From NCBI GenBank assembly GCA_013265495.1, contig MU058844.1, positions 12,296,184-12,360,183 on the forward strand: DNA of 64,000 bases, written 5' to 3'. The DNA comes from Vicugna vicugna (Eukaryota). The notes beneath the pieces are model-generated. The model had not been told where the DNA came from, did no database searches, and saw only the letters and a list, made by a program, of their open reading frames with translations. The position numbers and the translations under genes are program-made. Shown here piece by piece: positions 26,182 through 40,479 of this stretch. The stretch's first letter is position 1. Every line of letters starts with the position of its first letter.

Positions 26182-27042
26182 TGATTGTGATATTGTTTGG
26201 GAATATAAATTTCCTTAGCTCTTCCTTTCCTTGCCAAGATGCCACCAATGCCCAGCTTCATTCTTCATCCTTTTGCCTTTCTATGAGTATAAAAAATAGG
26301 CTGAAGCATCTTTTTTTAGAGTGAAAAAAGTTTTCACACTTGCATAACTCATGCAGTTGAAATGGCCTGAAATCAACAGTCCCCAGAAAAGTATCTTTGA
26401 AAAGACACTGAGGCTGAAAATCAGTAACTGCAAAGAACTACTTTGAAAAAAAAGAGTAAGGAAAAGCTACTGTGAAACTGTACAGGAGAGATAAAAATAT
26501 CTAGAATGAGAAGACATTCACTTTGGAAACTTTCTTTAGGGTTTTCAAAATTTTATATATCTGAGAGTTGTTTTTTTTTTTAATCCCTTAAAGTTTTCCT
26601 GCGATTACAGATGTTTGAAGTTCCCAAACTGGCTTTGCAATTCTTGGTAGGAAAATTAGATTTCCAGAATAGCTTTCTCACTGAATAAAATATTAGTATA
26701 ATTACTTGGTTGGCCTAAGAAATGAGCAAGAATTGAGCTTGTCTAAGTCCCCCACTAAAGGTAAAGGGAGGGTGTGAAGAAAGGAGCAAAATGAACAGTA
26801 AAGGAAGAGCCACGTACACTGGGTCTGGAGGAGCAGGGAGAATAAATAGGTGGGCAGCAGGCAGTGGAGGGGGGCAAGGGAGAGAAGATGATTTGGGGAG
26901 AGAGTCAGAAATCTGAGAGAGGGTTTTCTCTGTGGGAAAGAGACTGGAGCCCTGAGAAGTCAGAACTTAGCCCTCTGTCTCTCTCACATACACATCCTCA
27001 TTCTTTCTATTTCTCTCTGTTTCCTCTGTGTCTATGTCTGTA

Positions 27043-27056
27043 TCTCTCGGTCTCGG

Positions 27057-27121
<65 letters not shown>
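27043..27121. repeat. Compound microsatellite (TCTCTG)n-(TC)n-(CA)15
   Basis: Read directly from the sequence. Confidence 0.95.
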
Positions 27122-27122
<1 letters not shown>

Positions 27123-29747
27123 GTGAGGCCATGGAAGGACCCTGCCCCACTATCCCCGTAGGATCTGGTCTAGAACAAGGAAAGCCTGTAGTGTCCATGT
27201 GTGGGCAGATAAGGAGAGACTTTGTGTAACTGAATGTTCCCAAGAAAACACGATTGCTGACAGGCTCCTGGGAGCCCCTGGGACAAGGCCGAGCCATGTC
27301 ACGGTCTGCATTTGGCAGTTATCTCCCCTAGATTCCCACACAACCCTTTCAAGACTTGTGGGAATTTCAGTTTCCCTGTTTCTCTCTCTGCCCCATCTGG
27401 AAAATACTGCAAACGGCTGTGTTTACTTCCTCTGGCCCATCTTATCCTGAGGCTGGGCTAGGTTTTGTTGTTCTATCCTTTTATGCAGGCCTGTGAGGTA
27501 TGTCCTCTCCTCTGCCTCCTTCTCTCTGCTAGAAGTTGTTTATAACACAGAACCTCCTTTCCCCTTTTATCCTCTCCATCAAAAACAACTTCACTGCCTG
27601 TATTGCCTAAGGTCTTATGATGTCAATGAAACTCTGAGTTCTCACCCACCAGGGTCTAGTATACGTTGAGTGAGCTCAGGTATGCATACAAACCCAGGTG
27701 ATCTTCAATTGCTTGAACCAATCTAAAGTGATGATTTGTCCTTGGAGCTTGGAGGATACCAGAGTGATCTGGGCTGGGGTGCATCGGTAAGGACCTTTAG
27801 CTGAAAAAAAATTCTGCCTAACTTAAACATAAAAAATGAACTGGAAGAATATGAGGATAGAATTGATACATTCCCAGAGTTGACAGAAGGTCAGAGGAAC
27901 AAGGCTCTGTCCCGGACAGGAAAGAGAGTTTAACGGGCTAAGAAAGAAAAATCTCAACAGTAGCCTCGTATTAGGGACATCCACATCATCATGAGTGAGC
28001 ACCAATGACCACTCTTGTTTGATTCAATTAGTTAAGATTCAAAGGGCCAGTGAAGACTTGATGAGCTGAACAAAGGTTATATGCCTTTTCCTGAACAAAC
28101 AAGGAAGAGGAGAGAGTCTTTAGCCCCATCGAGCTCCAGAGTAAAAGGTACCAATCTAGATTTCCCCACCCTGCAAAACTACATGCACAGGAGAGAGATG
28201 ATTCCCCAAAATAAAACTCTGATGCAGTTGAGAGCTATGAAAGAATGCTGAGCAGCTCAAAGCTACAGAAGTACAAAACAGAGACCTCTTTCACCTTTCA
28301 CTTACAGGTTCCCATTTCCTGAGGTTGTACAGTGTTGGTACGTGGCAGGCAGTTAAAAAGTGTTCGTTGAATTAGTGGAACACCCCTGTCTCCTAGAGGT
28401 CCTGATGAAGGGTGGTCCCCAGTCAGATTATCCAAGTGGCTGTCAATTTTCCGGATAAATCTTTCCTGGAGTACCAGTCTGAGGCTATGCCCAACGAGTC
28501 CCTGAGGCAGGAAGATACGAGGTAAGATGTGGGCTAAATGAAAAACTGGAAATGATGGGGATCAAGGCAAAAATACCTGTTTCTTTCTATTTCTTTTTAA
28601 CTGCTTATCTGATCCTACTTTTATTACTTGCCTTTAAGGCAGAACAGAGTCTTAGTGTTATCTGCTGAATTGTAATATCTATTGTAATATCACAGATATT
28701 AGAAAAAGATCATAGTACAATTAGCCCTGAAGAATTGTCAAGAATTATTCACAAGCTCAAAACATCCATTGTTGAGATTCAATTTGTTTGGCCATTACAG
28801 TGTATTTCCTTTAGGGCCTTTCAAAAAATAATCTTCTTTTCTTTCTGTTTGTTGGAACAAAGAGCTATCATTGGGAAAACGAAGATACTTTACAGCAAGC
28901 TCTTGTGGATCTATCATTTAAGGAATACTACATACCCTTCATCATTTCCGTGGTATCCTTCTATTATTTGCTGGACAATCACTCAAATATATTTTGGAAT
29001 ATAACTTTTTATGTAAGAATAGTTTTAACTAAAGAAGACCTTCCTAATTTTGTGGCCTGCTGCGCCACTGAATAAAAGGTATCCCTTTATTCTCTCATAA
29101 AAACTGATTACAATCATTAGTAAGTACTATTTTCATGTTCTTTTTCCTATCACTATTTCTACAAATGTTGAAACAAACAGTTGAAAGAAATGTTGTCAAT
29201 AAGAATCAATACCGGGTACTTCAATTCCTAAACAATGCTAGAATAACCATTAATGATGGGTGAAAAAGCAAAAGTGGAAACTGCAATTATAATTATTGTA
29301 TTTTATTTTTAATAATAATCAATGTTTAATTCTAATAATTTAGAGGGTTATTTTCACATTAACTAGGATCAAAATTGACCCATAGATGCTATAATCAACT
29401 GATAAAAATAAAGACTATAAACTGGAAACCTGATTTCAAAATATATTTTTGGTTCCAGAGAATATAATGTCACCTTATGGATATTTACACTCTGCCTCCT
29501 TCAGAACTAACCTCATCTGGTCACTCAGGAATTCCAATCCTTGTTGTAATTCAGCTCAACAAGATTTACTGAGTGAAAGTTTGGAGTTGGGTGCTTTGTT
29601 AGGAAGAGCAAGACATACAAAAGAGAGTAAGATAAATTCCCTGCCCGCCTGCCGAGAGCTTATAGTCTGATAGGGTGGGAGAGGCAAGAACAAGGATGCA
29701 AAGCTGAAGGATAAGTGTCAGAGTGAGGTACAAAGTTCTGTCTTCAA

Positions 29748-29876
29748 GAGGAGACCGCCAAGATGGCGGAGCAGAAGGACACATAGCTCACACCCTCCCA
29801 TGAATACACCAAAAACTACATCTACATATGGAACAGTTCTCACAGAATACCTACTAAACTGGCAGAATACCTCTTA
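29748..29876 (+). mobile_element. Isolated L1 5'-UTR first ~130 nt, TSD-flanked, no poly(A)
   Basis: GAGACCGCCAAGATGGCGGAGCAGAAGGAC...CTACATATGGAACAGTTCTCACAGAATACCTACT resembles the 5' end of cetartiodactyl L1s, including the YY1 motif AAGATGGCG. 17-bp TSD with 1 mismatch at 29731-29747 and 29877-29893. Confidence 0.8.
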
Positions 29877-30904
29877 CAAAATTCTGTCTTCAACTATCTA
29901 AAGGACAATTCTGTGGAGAAGGAGAGACTATGTTTTCAAAATTGCCCAGTCAGTCACAACATATATAAACCCACTCATTGGCCAGTTGCCTGGGAAATGC
30001 CTGTACTGTAGGAGCAATTTGGACATGACCCCTGGGAAACTACTGGTTTCAGATCTCTGTAAAGTTGAGGAAAATAATGCTTACAATCTCTTTGTTTTAC
30101 AGATGTATTCGTTGGATGGATTGTATGATATTTTTAAAGCTGCAACTTTTAGGAGGACACCATAAAAATGCAATTTGATTAGTCAATCTAACCCTTTAGG
30201 GTACATAAAAATGTTATGAGTGCTTCCACACGTTTCGTTGTATTAAAGTCATTGTAGGGTTGAAATTACCACCTTATAGTCTCCAGAAACTCTATAAAGA
30301 ACATTATAACCTTAAATAAAAAAGGGATTGTCTCAGGTACAGAAGCAAAATGGGCAGAATTGGCAGTGCAAATGAAGACAGACCCATGCCCTGCGTGGCC
30401 TCTGGTCCCTCCCCAGTTGCAGAAAAGGAAGATTAGTCTGAAGAATCACTACAGGTCTTAGAAACAAAGGCTATTAAATCTTAGTCATCATAGTATATAA
30501 ATTTTGATTGAAAGAGTTGGTATAAAGTTATGGCAAAAGGTCAAGAGTTAGTTGAAAGTTGGTATGTAAAAGTTGATTGACAATCTTGGGAAGAACATGA
30601 TACAAAAATAAAATCAAAGATTTAAGAAAAGAGTAGGATAACATAGGGGGCATGACAGTCACCTTTCAAATATATAAATGGCAGTCATGATTCCAGAAGT
30701 CAGCACTTGGACAAAAAGTGTGTGTAGTGATAAAGTGATGTAACTTTGACTGACTAGAAGAAAATGTTCTAATCATTATAACTTTATAAAATTAGAGTGA
30801 GCTATCTTAGAACATAAAAGCTTTCCATCACTGGCAATGCTCAAACTGAGACTGAACAACCACGTAGTAGTGATAATAATAATAGTAAGAAGAAGAAGAA
30901 GCCA

Positions 30905-31110
30905 AACCATTTGTTGAGTTCCTCACCACGCACTAGACTCCATCTTAGAGGCTTTACACACATTAGCTCATGCAGTCCTCACAACACTATGTGCAATATT
31001 ATCATTTCCATTTTAGAGAAAAGAATGTGGAGCATGGAGGATATAAGCAACTTTCCCAAAGTCACACAGGAAGTAAGTAACTAACCAGGGGTTTAAGTTG
31101 GATTCTGACT
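30905..31110 (-). mobile_element. MIR SINE
   Basis: CATTTGTTGAG...CCTCACAACAC...CCATTTTAGAG...CCCAAAGTCACACAG core. Confidence 0.7.
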
Positions 31111-34100
31111 CCTACGTCTATCATATCATACTTTCTTTCTTTGAGGATGTTGTGTAAAAGATTTAAACAGGTTTTCATTTTAATTCTCAGGGACAGGAAA
31201 ATCAATAATCTGTTGTTATTGTTCTTGTTGTTGTTGTGTATCTTCCAGACTTGGAGATTCTACTTAACAAATATGAGGCAAAGACAGATTAAATGACGTG
31301 CGGATGTTACCAAGTTCTAGTTACTGCTAGAACTGTGTCTGGCACCTATTTCCTAGGTCTCAGCCAGTTCAGTGCTCTTATCACAATTATTATTCTGTCT
31401 TCCAAGTATGGATCTGGCTGTAGGGAGAAGGAAAGAGTGAATAAATAACATGGAAAAATTATCTTGGACTAATGCTGAGAACAAACAAAACTGGAAAGGA
31501 TAATTGTCCCTCAAATGATAAGACAACCTATAAAGAAAAAAGAACACAGATCCATGATTCAAAAGTATTTGAGAGCATTCCTTAAGGTTTGCGAAGAATT
31601 TAAATGCTGGAAGTGAAAGATATGTTTGCTAGATCCAACACACGTTCAACGTCTCTTTGAATAATAAGAAAACTTGAATGGTAAGGGTAATACGACCATT
31701 CTCCCCTGGACTTATTAAACTCTTCATTATGTGATCTGGCTTATACTCAGCATTTCTTATTTCTTTTCATGCTTGATTTGAGGTTAAAGTACTTTTTTCT
31801 ACTGTTTTTTTTCATCAAATCTTCATAATAACTCTTTTAGTACATAAGAAATATGTTATTAGCCTGTGTGTATTTTATAAGTAAGGAAACTGGGGCCCAT
31901 GAAGATGATTTAAATGAGTCAGAGTCACATAGCTGGTGCATGACCCAGCTGAGATCAGGTGGTTGTATCAATTCACAGAGCAATGACGCCACACTGACTT
32001 TCTAGACTATAGGATAGGATAATGCATGTGTAATAAACATATACATGTCTTGCATTACATTTCCTTTATATGCTACTTTATTTTTCAAAAGAGAGACTCT
32101 GGCTTAGAGTATTATAAATATCACATTTGCCTAATCCATCCAGGTAGCATTTGTATGCCTCAAATGTCTATCTAGCTAAGGTAACTTGATAAAAAAGTAA
32201 AAAAGACCTTTGTGGAAACTTATATATCTAAATTAACCCAGGTGATCATTTGTAAAAAGAAAAGATTGCTAGATAAAAGCACTAAGTAGACTACATTCAC
32301 GAGAAAAGAGGAAGAGACATATTTGTAATTTTAACAGAATTTAATGGCATGGCCCAGTGGAACATGATTTTTAATTTAGTGTTTTATTTTGTTTCTCAAT
32401 ATCCATTTTTTTCATATGCCAATAATTAAGAGTGAAGAAAGTGATTTTCTGAAGGGTAATGAGGTAGACATTGTGTAAGCCAGTAGACCACCAAACGTTT
32501 AAAGAACTTAGGGCCAGAGGAAACAAATAGATTTAACAGTGAATGAGCATCAAGAAGGCTAATATTGAGGATCTGAAAAGCTCTCATCATTTTTTGACTG
32601 AGTTCAAGGAATTCAGACTCCCTTGTAAGTCAGAAAGATAAGGAAAGGAAAAACTGGCTTGTATCAATTGGAGATGGTAGGTTAAAACTCTCTTTTCAAC
32701 CTATTTCATTATTTGAGTAACAAAACCAGAGGGACAGTCTCCTCTCCCACTTTGAATTGCTAAAGCCAGCATGCTGAAAAGAAGGGAACATCTTTGGATT
32801 CTTTCTTTTATCAACAGAAAATACACTTCTTGGTTATAAAAACGAGAGACCACAAAGACTAGCGCCCAGAGCAAAATCATGGGGAAAAAAAAATTCTGCT
32901 TCCATGCCAAAAAAAAAAAAGTTTATAAAACAATTTATAAATAAAAAACCACACGAAAATTTTAAATGTAGGTAACAGATTGCTGGAGTTTATAGGCTAA
33001 TTCTAATATGTTTGATACTTGCTTTCTTGAGGGTAAGAAGGTGATGGAATATAATGAACAACCTTGGGACATTCTAACCAACAGTGTTAAGGCAGAGTTT
33101 CCAAGGTAACAGCACAATACATGCTCTAAAAAACTGGATTAAACCAATAGGGAAGAGGTAATTTAAAATGAAATGGTGCCAAGGAAAGATACTACTCGAC
33201 ATGGTCATAATTGTATATAGAGCCCACTACCCTTCAAAATAAAGTACTCCAAGAAGAAAATTTATAAAACCTAACAATGAAACAACATATGTAGATCCTG
33301 GAAGCATCCACTGGGCTCAGAGGCAAGAAGTTTAAAGTGTAGACATTTTCCCTATTTAAAGATGACTAAATGAAAGTCCCCTGGGGTTAAGTAATTTTCC
33401 TAACGTTTTGCAACTGACAAGTGGTAAACATCATTTGACCTAGTTCTTAGGTCCAGTGTCTGTACTCTTCCCACCAAGATGCCTACACCCAGACCGGGGC
33501 TAAAACATGTCAGGGGCCAAGTGGGCACCCAAGGGAATGGAAACCCCCTATTTGTTTCAATAGCTGCAGCTCAGGGTCAACAATTCTGTTTAAAGCTTCT
33601 TTGCCAATGCTGCTGTGGTTGGGTATTTAGACCCAGCAGCTCAGGAGAAGGGTCTGGGCTCTAGAAACAGACTTACAAGTCATACACCTCTAAATGGTGC
33701 TTGAAGCCATGGGTTTTGGAAGTACTAGAGATCATTAAAAAGCAAGACAACCCAAGAGCTAACACAGTTCTGGGAAGTATGGATAATTAAGAGTTTCAAA
33801 GAGGGAGAACCCCTGAGGCGGGGTGGAGGGGGGGGGGGAACTTTACTTCCAGGAAGAAAACCAAACAGGAAAGAATTGAATGATAAAAGGAAATTCAGGA
33901 GAAAGTAGTTTTATGGAAGTCCAGTGAGGAGACAATTTCAAAAAAGAAGGAATGGTCAACTCTGTAAAAAATTCTATAAAAGCTCAGTATTATTGGACAG
34001 TTTTCATAGGGCATACAGTATTTATTGGACAAAACCCAACCTCAGAAACATTTCTAAACCTAAAAAAAAGACCTGTAGACTCTTCAGATAAGACTCTACC

Positions 34101-34429
34101 TAGGGTAGAAGAGACCCTATGGAATGGCTTTTTCATCCTGATGTTTATGAAAAAACTATCATCTCCCCATAATATCTGTGGATCAGAAATGAGATCACAT
34201 GGGTCTCATTCAGCTCTCGTACATCATATAATTAGTGCAAGAATCCCAATCCTCCTCGAAATTCCCTTCCCCAATCACTAGTTTACAACCTTCCCGAGGT
34301 GTCTCCCCTGCATTCCTCAGAGCCATCCTTTCACCTCCCCTGCAGCTCTTTGCTTCCTCCCTTGCTCCTCACTTCTGCGGTGTTGTCTGATAATAATAAT
34401 AATAGTAACAGTAATAGTAATAACAACTC

Positions 34430-34585
34430 AACTCCCATTTACTGTGCACTGACTATATGCCAAGTACTTCACATGCCTGATTTTCAGTCCTCAGAACAAC
34501 AGGCTCAGAGAGGTGAAGGAAGTTGCCCACGGCTATCCATAAGGAAGGAGCGCTGCCAGGATTTCCACTCAGTCTGTCTGGCACC
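34430..34585 (-). mobile_element. MIR SINE
   Basis: CATTTACTGTGCACTGACTATATGCCAAG...GGCTCAGAGAGGTGAAGGAAGTTGCCCA. Confidence 0.7.
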
Positions 34586-35619
34586 CCAGCCTGCCTCTCC
34601 ACCCCTGCACCATATTTAGAACCCCTGTGAAGGCACATGACAGCCAACTCTGTTCCCGGTGGAGGGGATGGCACACTTTCTTTGAACACTGTGTGCACAG
34701 CATCCTTGCTTTAACACCGGAAGACGCTACTGTGTTCTCTTCTAGGTCTAGACGGATGGCTAACAAGCTTCCACTGGAAAGCCTACTAGGTTTGCTTCAT
34801 TCTCAAATAATAACTATAAATAGCACTTTTACATCCACTTGCTGGCACTAATGCAAACACAGTACTCATCAAAGACTCCCCCGTCGTTTTATGAAATAAG
34901 GCCATAGGAGCCAGCCCCAGTTGGACCCATGAGCTTGTCCAGGCTTGCGTGAGTCCAAAAGAAAATGCAAACTTAGACCCGAACTAAAATCCATGACGCA
35001 TAAAAATCTGCTTGAAACCCACTTTGATGGCTTTAAAATGCTAAGTTGCAAAGAAACCTGAGCTTTAAGAAAGGAACAAAAGGAAGACTAGGGGCTACCA
35101 TAAACAAAGAATGTAGGTCCTATGCTTGGGACAGTCAGACGGGGAAAAATTGAAAAGGATCTCTGTTTTTCAGAAAGAAGGGTCTTAAAACGCTGAAATG
35201 CTCAAAGGAGATTTGCCTTAGGGGAGGGAAATACGGTTCAAAGGACCAATTTAGGGTGACCTGTACAGGCTAAAGGGAAAGATAAACAAAGCTTTATCAA
35301 CACAAAGCTTCAGCTAATCAGAGTTTATAACTTAAATTGTGAAAGCTCCTTTGTTTTCTCTGATGCAAAGAGTTAGGTAACCAACTAGGTCTCATTTTCA
35401 CTTTAGCTCCCCGAAAGTTTGGTGCCAAACACGAGTCTTCATCATAGCAACAATACTTAACAATGTGGGTCTTTACAAGCTATGTGTTTATTTCTTTTTC
35501 ACCTTATAGCAAACAGATGCTTACTCTATCCCTAAATTTGTATTTGTTTCCACAGTTAGCCATTTAACTATATGTAAACTTTGGGGGACAAATTTTCATT
35601 GCAGACAAATAATGGATGA

Positions 35620-36460
35620 TTTGTAGGTGACAAACATGTACAGCTAGATTCAAAAATGACAACTGAGAGATCGGAGACCAATTGGTACAGAACAGGAAGA
35701 AACCTGGCAGGCTTTGGTGACTCATTGTGGGACTATGGGAGATAAAAGAATTAAAAGAACCAACAAGATTCCGAGTTTCTCTAGGTGTGGTGGCTAGGGA
35801 GAAGTTATGTCAATCCACACTAAAAATACACCCTGAGAAGCTGGGAAAGATAATGAGTTCCATTTGTACATTTTGAGTTTGCAAGGCTTGGAACTACCCA
35901 GGAAGTAGTTAAATATATGAGTCTAAAGCTTAGAGAAATGTTCTAAACTGAAGATACAGATTTTTTTTTTTTAAGCAGCAGTATAAAGAATGCAGGTTAA
36001 CTTGAGAATGAAAGTAATCACCCAGGGAGGCATTCCCCTCTTCCTGGATTTAACTATAATAAGAGTAGAAACCATTCAAGAACAGACTTCTTACAAACAC
36101 CAGCTTTGAAGGGGAAACTAATATAGGAAATAGGCAAAAACAAAACGTTCTGGGTAGAACTAGGAAAGCACAGTGTTTGGAAAAGTAAGAGATCAGGGTG
36201 TCAAATGAAGCGAGCGCTCCAGGTAAAAAAATACTGAAAAATGCTAAGAAATCTGGGCAGTTAGAAGATTACTCAGGGCCTTATAAGGAGCCAGCTCGAT
36301 GACATGGTGGGAACAGAAGCCACTCTTATGAGAAGTTCAGATAAGAAGAAAGGGAGATGCAAAGGAGAATTTGAAGGGGACACACAAAACAGAGCAAGGC
36401 TTGTGTTTTACCGTCTGATTGGAAATTTATGTAGAGGCTTGTGACATGGGATTAGAAAAG
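35620..36460 (-). mobile_element. L2 LINE fragment
   Basis: Purine-rich reverse L2 body (GATAATGAGTTCCATTTGTACATTTTGAGTTTG...GAAGATACAGATTT). Confidence 0.6.
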
Positions 36461-39400
36461 GTGGAGGAAGGTAACCAGAAGTTCAGCTGCACATACTCCC
36501 TCATTGTGCAGAGTAAGCAACTGAGAGGTCCCTGTTTGGCCCCTCAAAGGGTTCACAGAGGTGCTGAGAGAACCAGTGAGTCAGAAGTGGGCCTGGGGTA
36601 GGGATGAGCAGAGAAAGCAAGGCCCACAGGAATGGAATCTGCGGTGGATGCCACTGATTTACATGAATACAGGACACCTTCCCCAAAGGGCCAGGTGTGA
36701 TCAGCTGTACCCCAGCCAACACCAATGCTGGGGGAAGATCAGCTTAGCTACATTGCATCTAAAACTAGAAGTGGCCCAGGGAAGGCTCTGACCAGGAGCT
36801 CCTGCCTCCATGCCACAGGGTCTGTTAGCATCACCCTGCACTCTGATTCTCTTGAGAAAGAGGAAAGGAAAGAACTCCTCTTAAGATGATTCAAATGAAC
36901 ATTTGTTCAAATGATGACTTTGTGACAACACAAAAGATAATTTAAAGTTTGGAAAAAACCCATGCTTCCAAAGGATAAATGTAAGGTTTTCAGGGGTTTG
37001 TTTTCTAGTTTTATTTTTCCCACTGTGAGGGCAATGGAGGTTGTTAGAGTGCAAGATGAGATCAATTATCAAAAAATTTTAAAAACATTCTAGTGTTCGC
37101 ACATATCAAATATAGGGAATATATTTTCACTCTTCTGTGCTTGCAAACAAAATGTCCTTGCAAATACAGCCAGGAAATGGTAGGATTTGTGTTGGAGAGG
37201 ATGATAGTGAAAGAGTTGACTATATTTTTAATTAACATGACGGACTAACCAATCGGAAAGTAGGTGACGGGGATAAGGAGGGACATAGGATGTCATTCCA
37301 GATGGCAGAATCCTCAGAGTGGCAGAATCTTTATTCATGAAGGTGGAAGAAATAATGGAATTATACATGCCATTTTGTAGAGAAGGAAAAAAGCTGACAA
37401 CATCCTTCAACTCTGTGGTTCCAGCATTTGAGGAGATGCAGTGGAAATGACACATTCGTGGGAAAGCCACACTTTATTCCAGTAAAGAAGTAGCAAGAGC
37501 ACTCTGAAAAGAAAGTGAGGATGTAGAAGAGTTGGTTTATGATGGAATAAAGTTTAGATATGGGCAGCAGTTGAGTTTGGGTCCTCTCTCATAATGAGAA
37601 GTACAGATTAACACCAGTCAAGAGACAACTGTAGAAATGAGTATGTCTGGGGCATAAGGGATGAGCTAACTTTGATTTTTCAAAGAAATTTCTGGTATAA
37701 GTGGCTTCATTACAAATAACAGTTGAAGTCCCAGATATCGTGGGAGGCCTTGGAAAGCCAGCAATAGTTGACCCAATCTGAAATGACCAAGGTCAAACCA
37801 GGCCAGTCCTTCTCAGGGATGGAGGCCTGGTCTGTGGCTTTTGAGGCTGATTCTAGTAAAGGTCCTGGTTAGGCACTGATACAAACTTCTGAGTAGAAAT
37901 TTGAGGCCAGGGAGCAGTCCCTGCTGTCCTAAGCAGCAAGTCCAAGCTACCTTCAACACTCACCATCTGATGGTAACCATCTCCATCACCGACCAAAGTG
38001 CAGACGCATTCTGAATCTCCAACCCTTTCACCACCCAAAGACTCTTTTATTATCTTTCTCCAGCAGACCAGTTCTGTTAAATATTATCTGTGATTGAGAA
38101 TCAAATGTCAACCAGAGGGAAAAGTTAGGTATTTAAGAAGTGGGAAAGGCTTCAAAGCGTTAAGCGGTAAATTCTGGAGACATTTCATAGATCAGTCAGA
38201 ATTTCTAGACAGAGAGCCAGACCTTGTGGAGAGAGAAGAACAAAACAAGAAGAGCAAACTGGCAGAAATGTGGAGTGATTTGCATTCTTTTAACCTCGGG
38301 ATTGAGAGCCGTCGGAGCACAGAAAGAGTTCTACCAAGTAGAGACAAACCGTCGCCCTCAGACTCAGCTGTACTTAGCCCACTCCTGGGAGCTTCTCCCT
38401 GATCACGAAGACATTAAATAAAGCAAATGCAAGCTGAGAATTAAATGATAACCCCTCTTGAACTTGTTAGCTCGAATCTGGAAGAAGGATTAGGGCAGTG
38501 TTGTTCAGGTTGGCTGTACGCTGGGTTTACCTGGGAGCTTTAACATGCTGACTTTTATAGGTTCCCCAGGTGAGTAGCCAACATTGAAAACTACTGGTTG
38601 GGGGCATATTCTGAGGGAAGTTTGTACCCTGAAGGGGAAGAATGTGACTTATATAACTCCCTTATGAGTCACCTTAAGCTTGTGCACATTAGAGATTCTG
38701 AGTCGCATAGGACCTTTGTTTCTCCTACTGGTCCTGGTTAAGTGATCAATCATGCAGTTGCCTATTATAAGGATTCAGGTGATGCATGCAATAGCATCCC
38801 CTCCAGGAAGGGAATGGAGAACCCTGGACTGGAAAACGGTGGATGCTCACTCTCCTGGCACCTAGGCATGGGGAATGCCATCGGGGGAAGGCCTGGCTGC
38901 TCTCCCTGCCCATCTCATTTCTCCAGAGGACCAGGCTCACTCTAGATGGGAATATAATAGGGAGTCCGTATCACGTAGTGAGTAACCATTGATGTACTCA
39001 TGTCTTCTGCTTTGAAGACATAGTATTAGTTCATGATAAAACAACCAGCATCCCACTGGAAAGGTGATACAGAACTGAGACTAGATAAACATAATGAAGT
39101 TCCAGGGGCAGACAGGCAGTCAGAAATGATATGGTACAGTTGGAAAGTGAAGCTAAGGGCAAAGATGGAAAGTTATGTCCCAGACAAATAGGTATAAGAT
39201 GTTCTTTCAGTTCTTAAAATTTTGAAAATAATTCTCTGACACTGCTAGGTCATTTAAGGACCTTAAGGACTTGGATAACACAGGAAGAAATACCTGGTCT
39301 CAGAAGCAGCAATCACCTGCATAACATAGCCAAACACTTATTTAATTTAATGCTGGACTCAGGCCCCTCTACCATGTCAGTGTTTGGCCACATTTCTGGT

Positions 39401-40479
39401 CTTCTTTTATTTTAAGACTTTGTTTCTTATTTGTTTGTTTATAGCTTGTTACTTATTCTTACCCCCATAAGGTGACTTGTCATATTATGTCTGATGTGTC
39501 CTTCTTTGTATCGAAGAAGATTAGCTGCGAAGACTTCCTCTGACACCACATCTAAATCATGCAGGACTAAATTTTCCAATATTCCAGATGAGATAAACTA
39601 TTAAGCAAATATTGCACACAAGAGGATTTAGGAAATTTGCACATGGCTTTAAACTGTTGCAGTAAAAGCTATTTATATGAATTTCTGCCTTGGCAAGATG
39701 ACAGTTTAATCCCTAGAAGAGCTAGTGTATGTATGTGCCAGTGATCAGCCCAGTGCCCGGTGGATAGCTGACACTCGGTTGTATTACTGAAACCTGAATC
39801 TGAGTCTTACTCCCAGAAGAAAGCAGTCGACATGATTCTAACCATTAGAATTAAAAGTGAGAACATTTGGGGGAAGATGACTATGCACTTTAAAATTAGA
39901 AATGCCAAAAGAGGCGGATGGTAGGTTTTGTCTGATGTGGTTTGGCTGTTTCCAGCACAGCTTAAAAGGCATATGCCAGAATGTATCCAAGCGATTGAAT
40001 ACAACCTACCAGCCTCATGTCAGACAGCCTACTCTGACCCGACCATTATTACCTTTGTTTATCTCCCGTTCTGCCTCTTTTACCTTTCCATTTTTGTGAG
40101 ACTCTCAGCTCCGGACAGTCCTGTCTCATTCCTAAGTTGCATCTTACGTTTTCCAACTGAGGTGGACTGACACCTTTGTAGTTCTGGTATTTGATAATGT
40201 ACTTTCCTTGGCTCAGTCTTAGGAAGCCCTATTTTCTAAGAACTGGCCTCACCACCAGCACTAATATGAATCAACATCACAGTACCAGACCAAACAACAC
40301 GAACCAGACTCTTTCTTTAGATTTTAGACAGCCAAGTTCTTAAAGTTCTGAGAAGAGAAAACTGTCCCATGTCAGCTCCAGAATACATGGCAATAGGGAT
40401 CAACAGATCAATAGAGATGGTAGACTCTTTCAAATAAAACTATATTAACACACTGAAGTATTATTTTCTCTTTCTCTTC

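Noticed and set aside
28306-28501. 196-nt open minus-strand exon candidate with AG/GT ends
   Set aside because: Its 3' part is an L2 terminus read antisense, the peptide is unrecognisable, and an equally good plus-strand donor sits at about 28521, suggesting chance.
33818-33838. G-rich tract as a functional G-quadruplex
   Set aside because: It is a single G11 homopolymer plus short runs, more simply a mononucleotide repeat with no supporting context.
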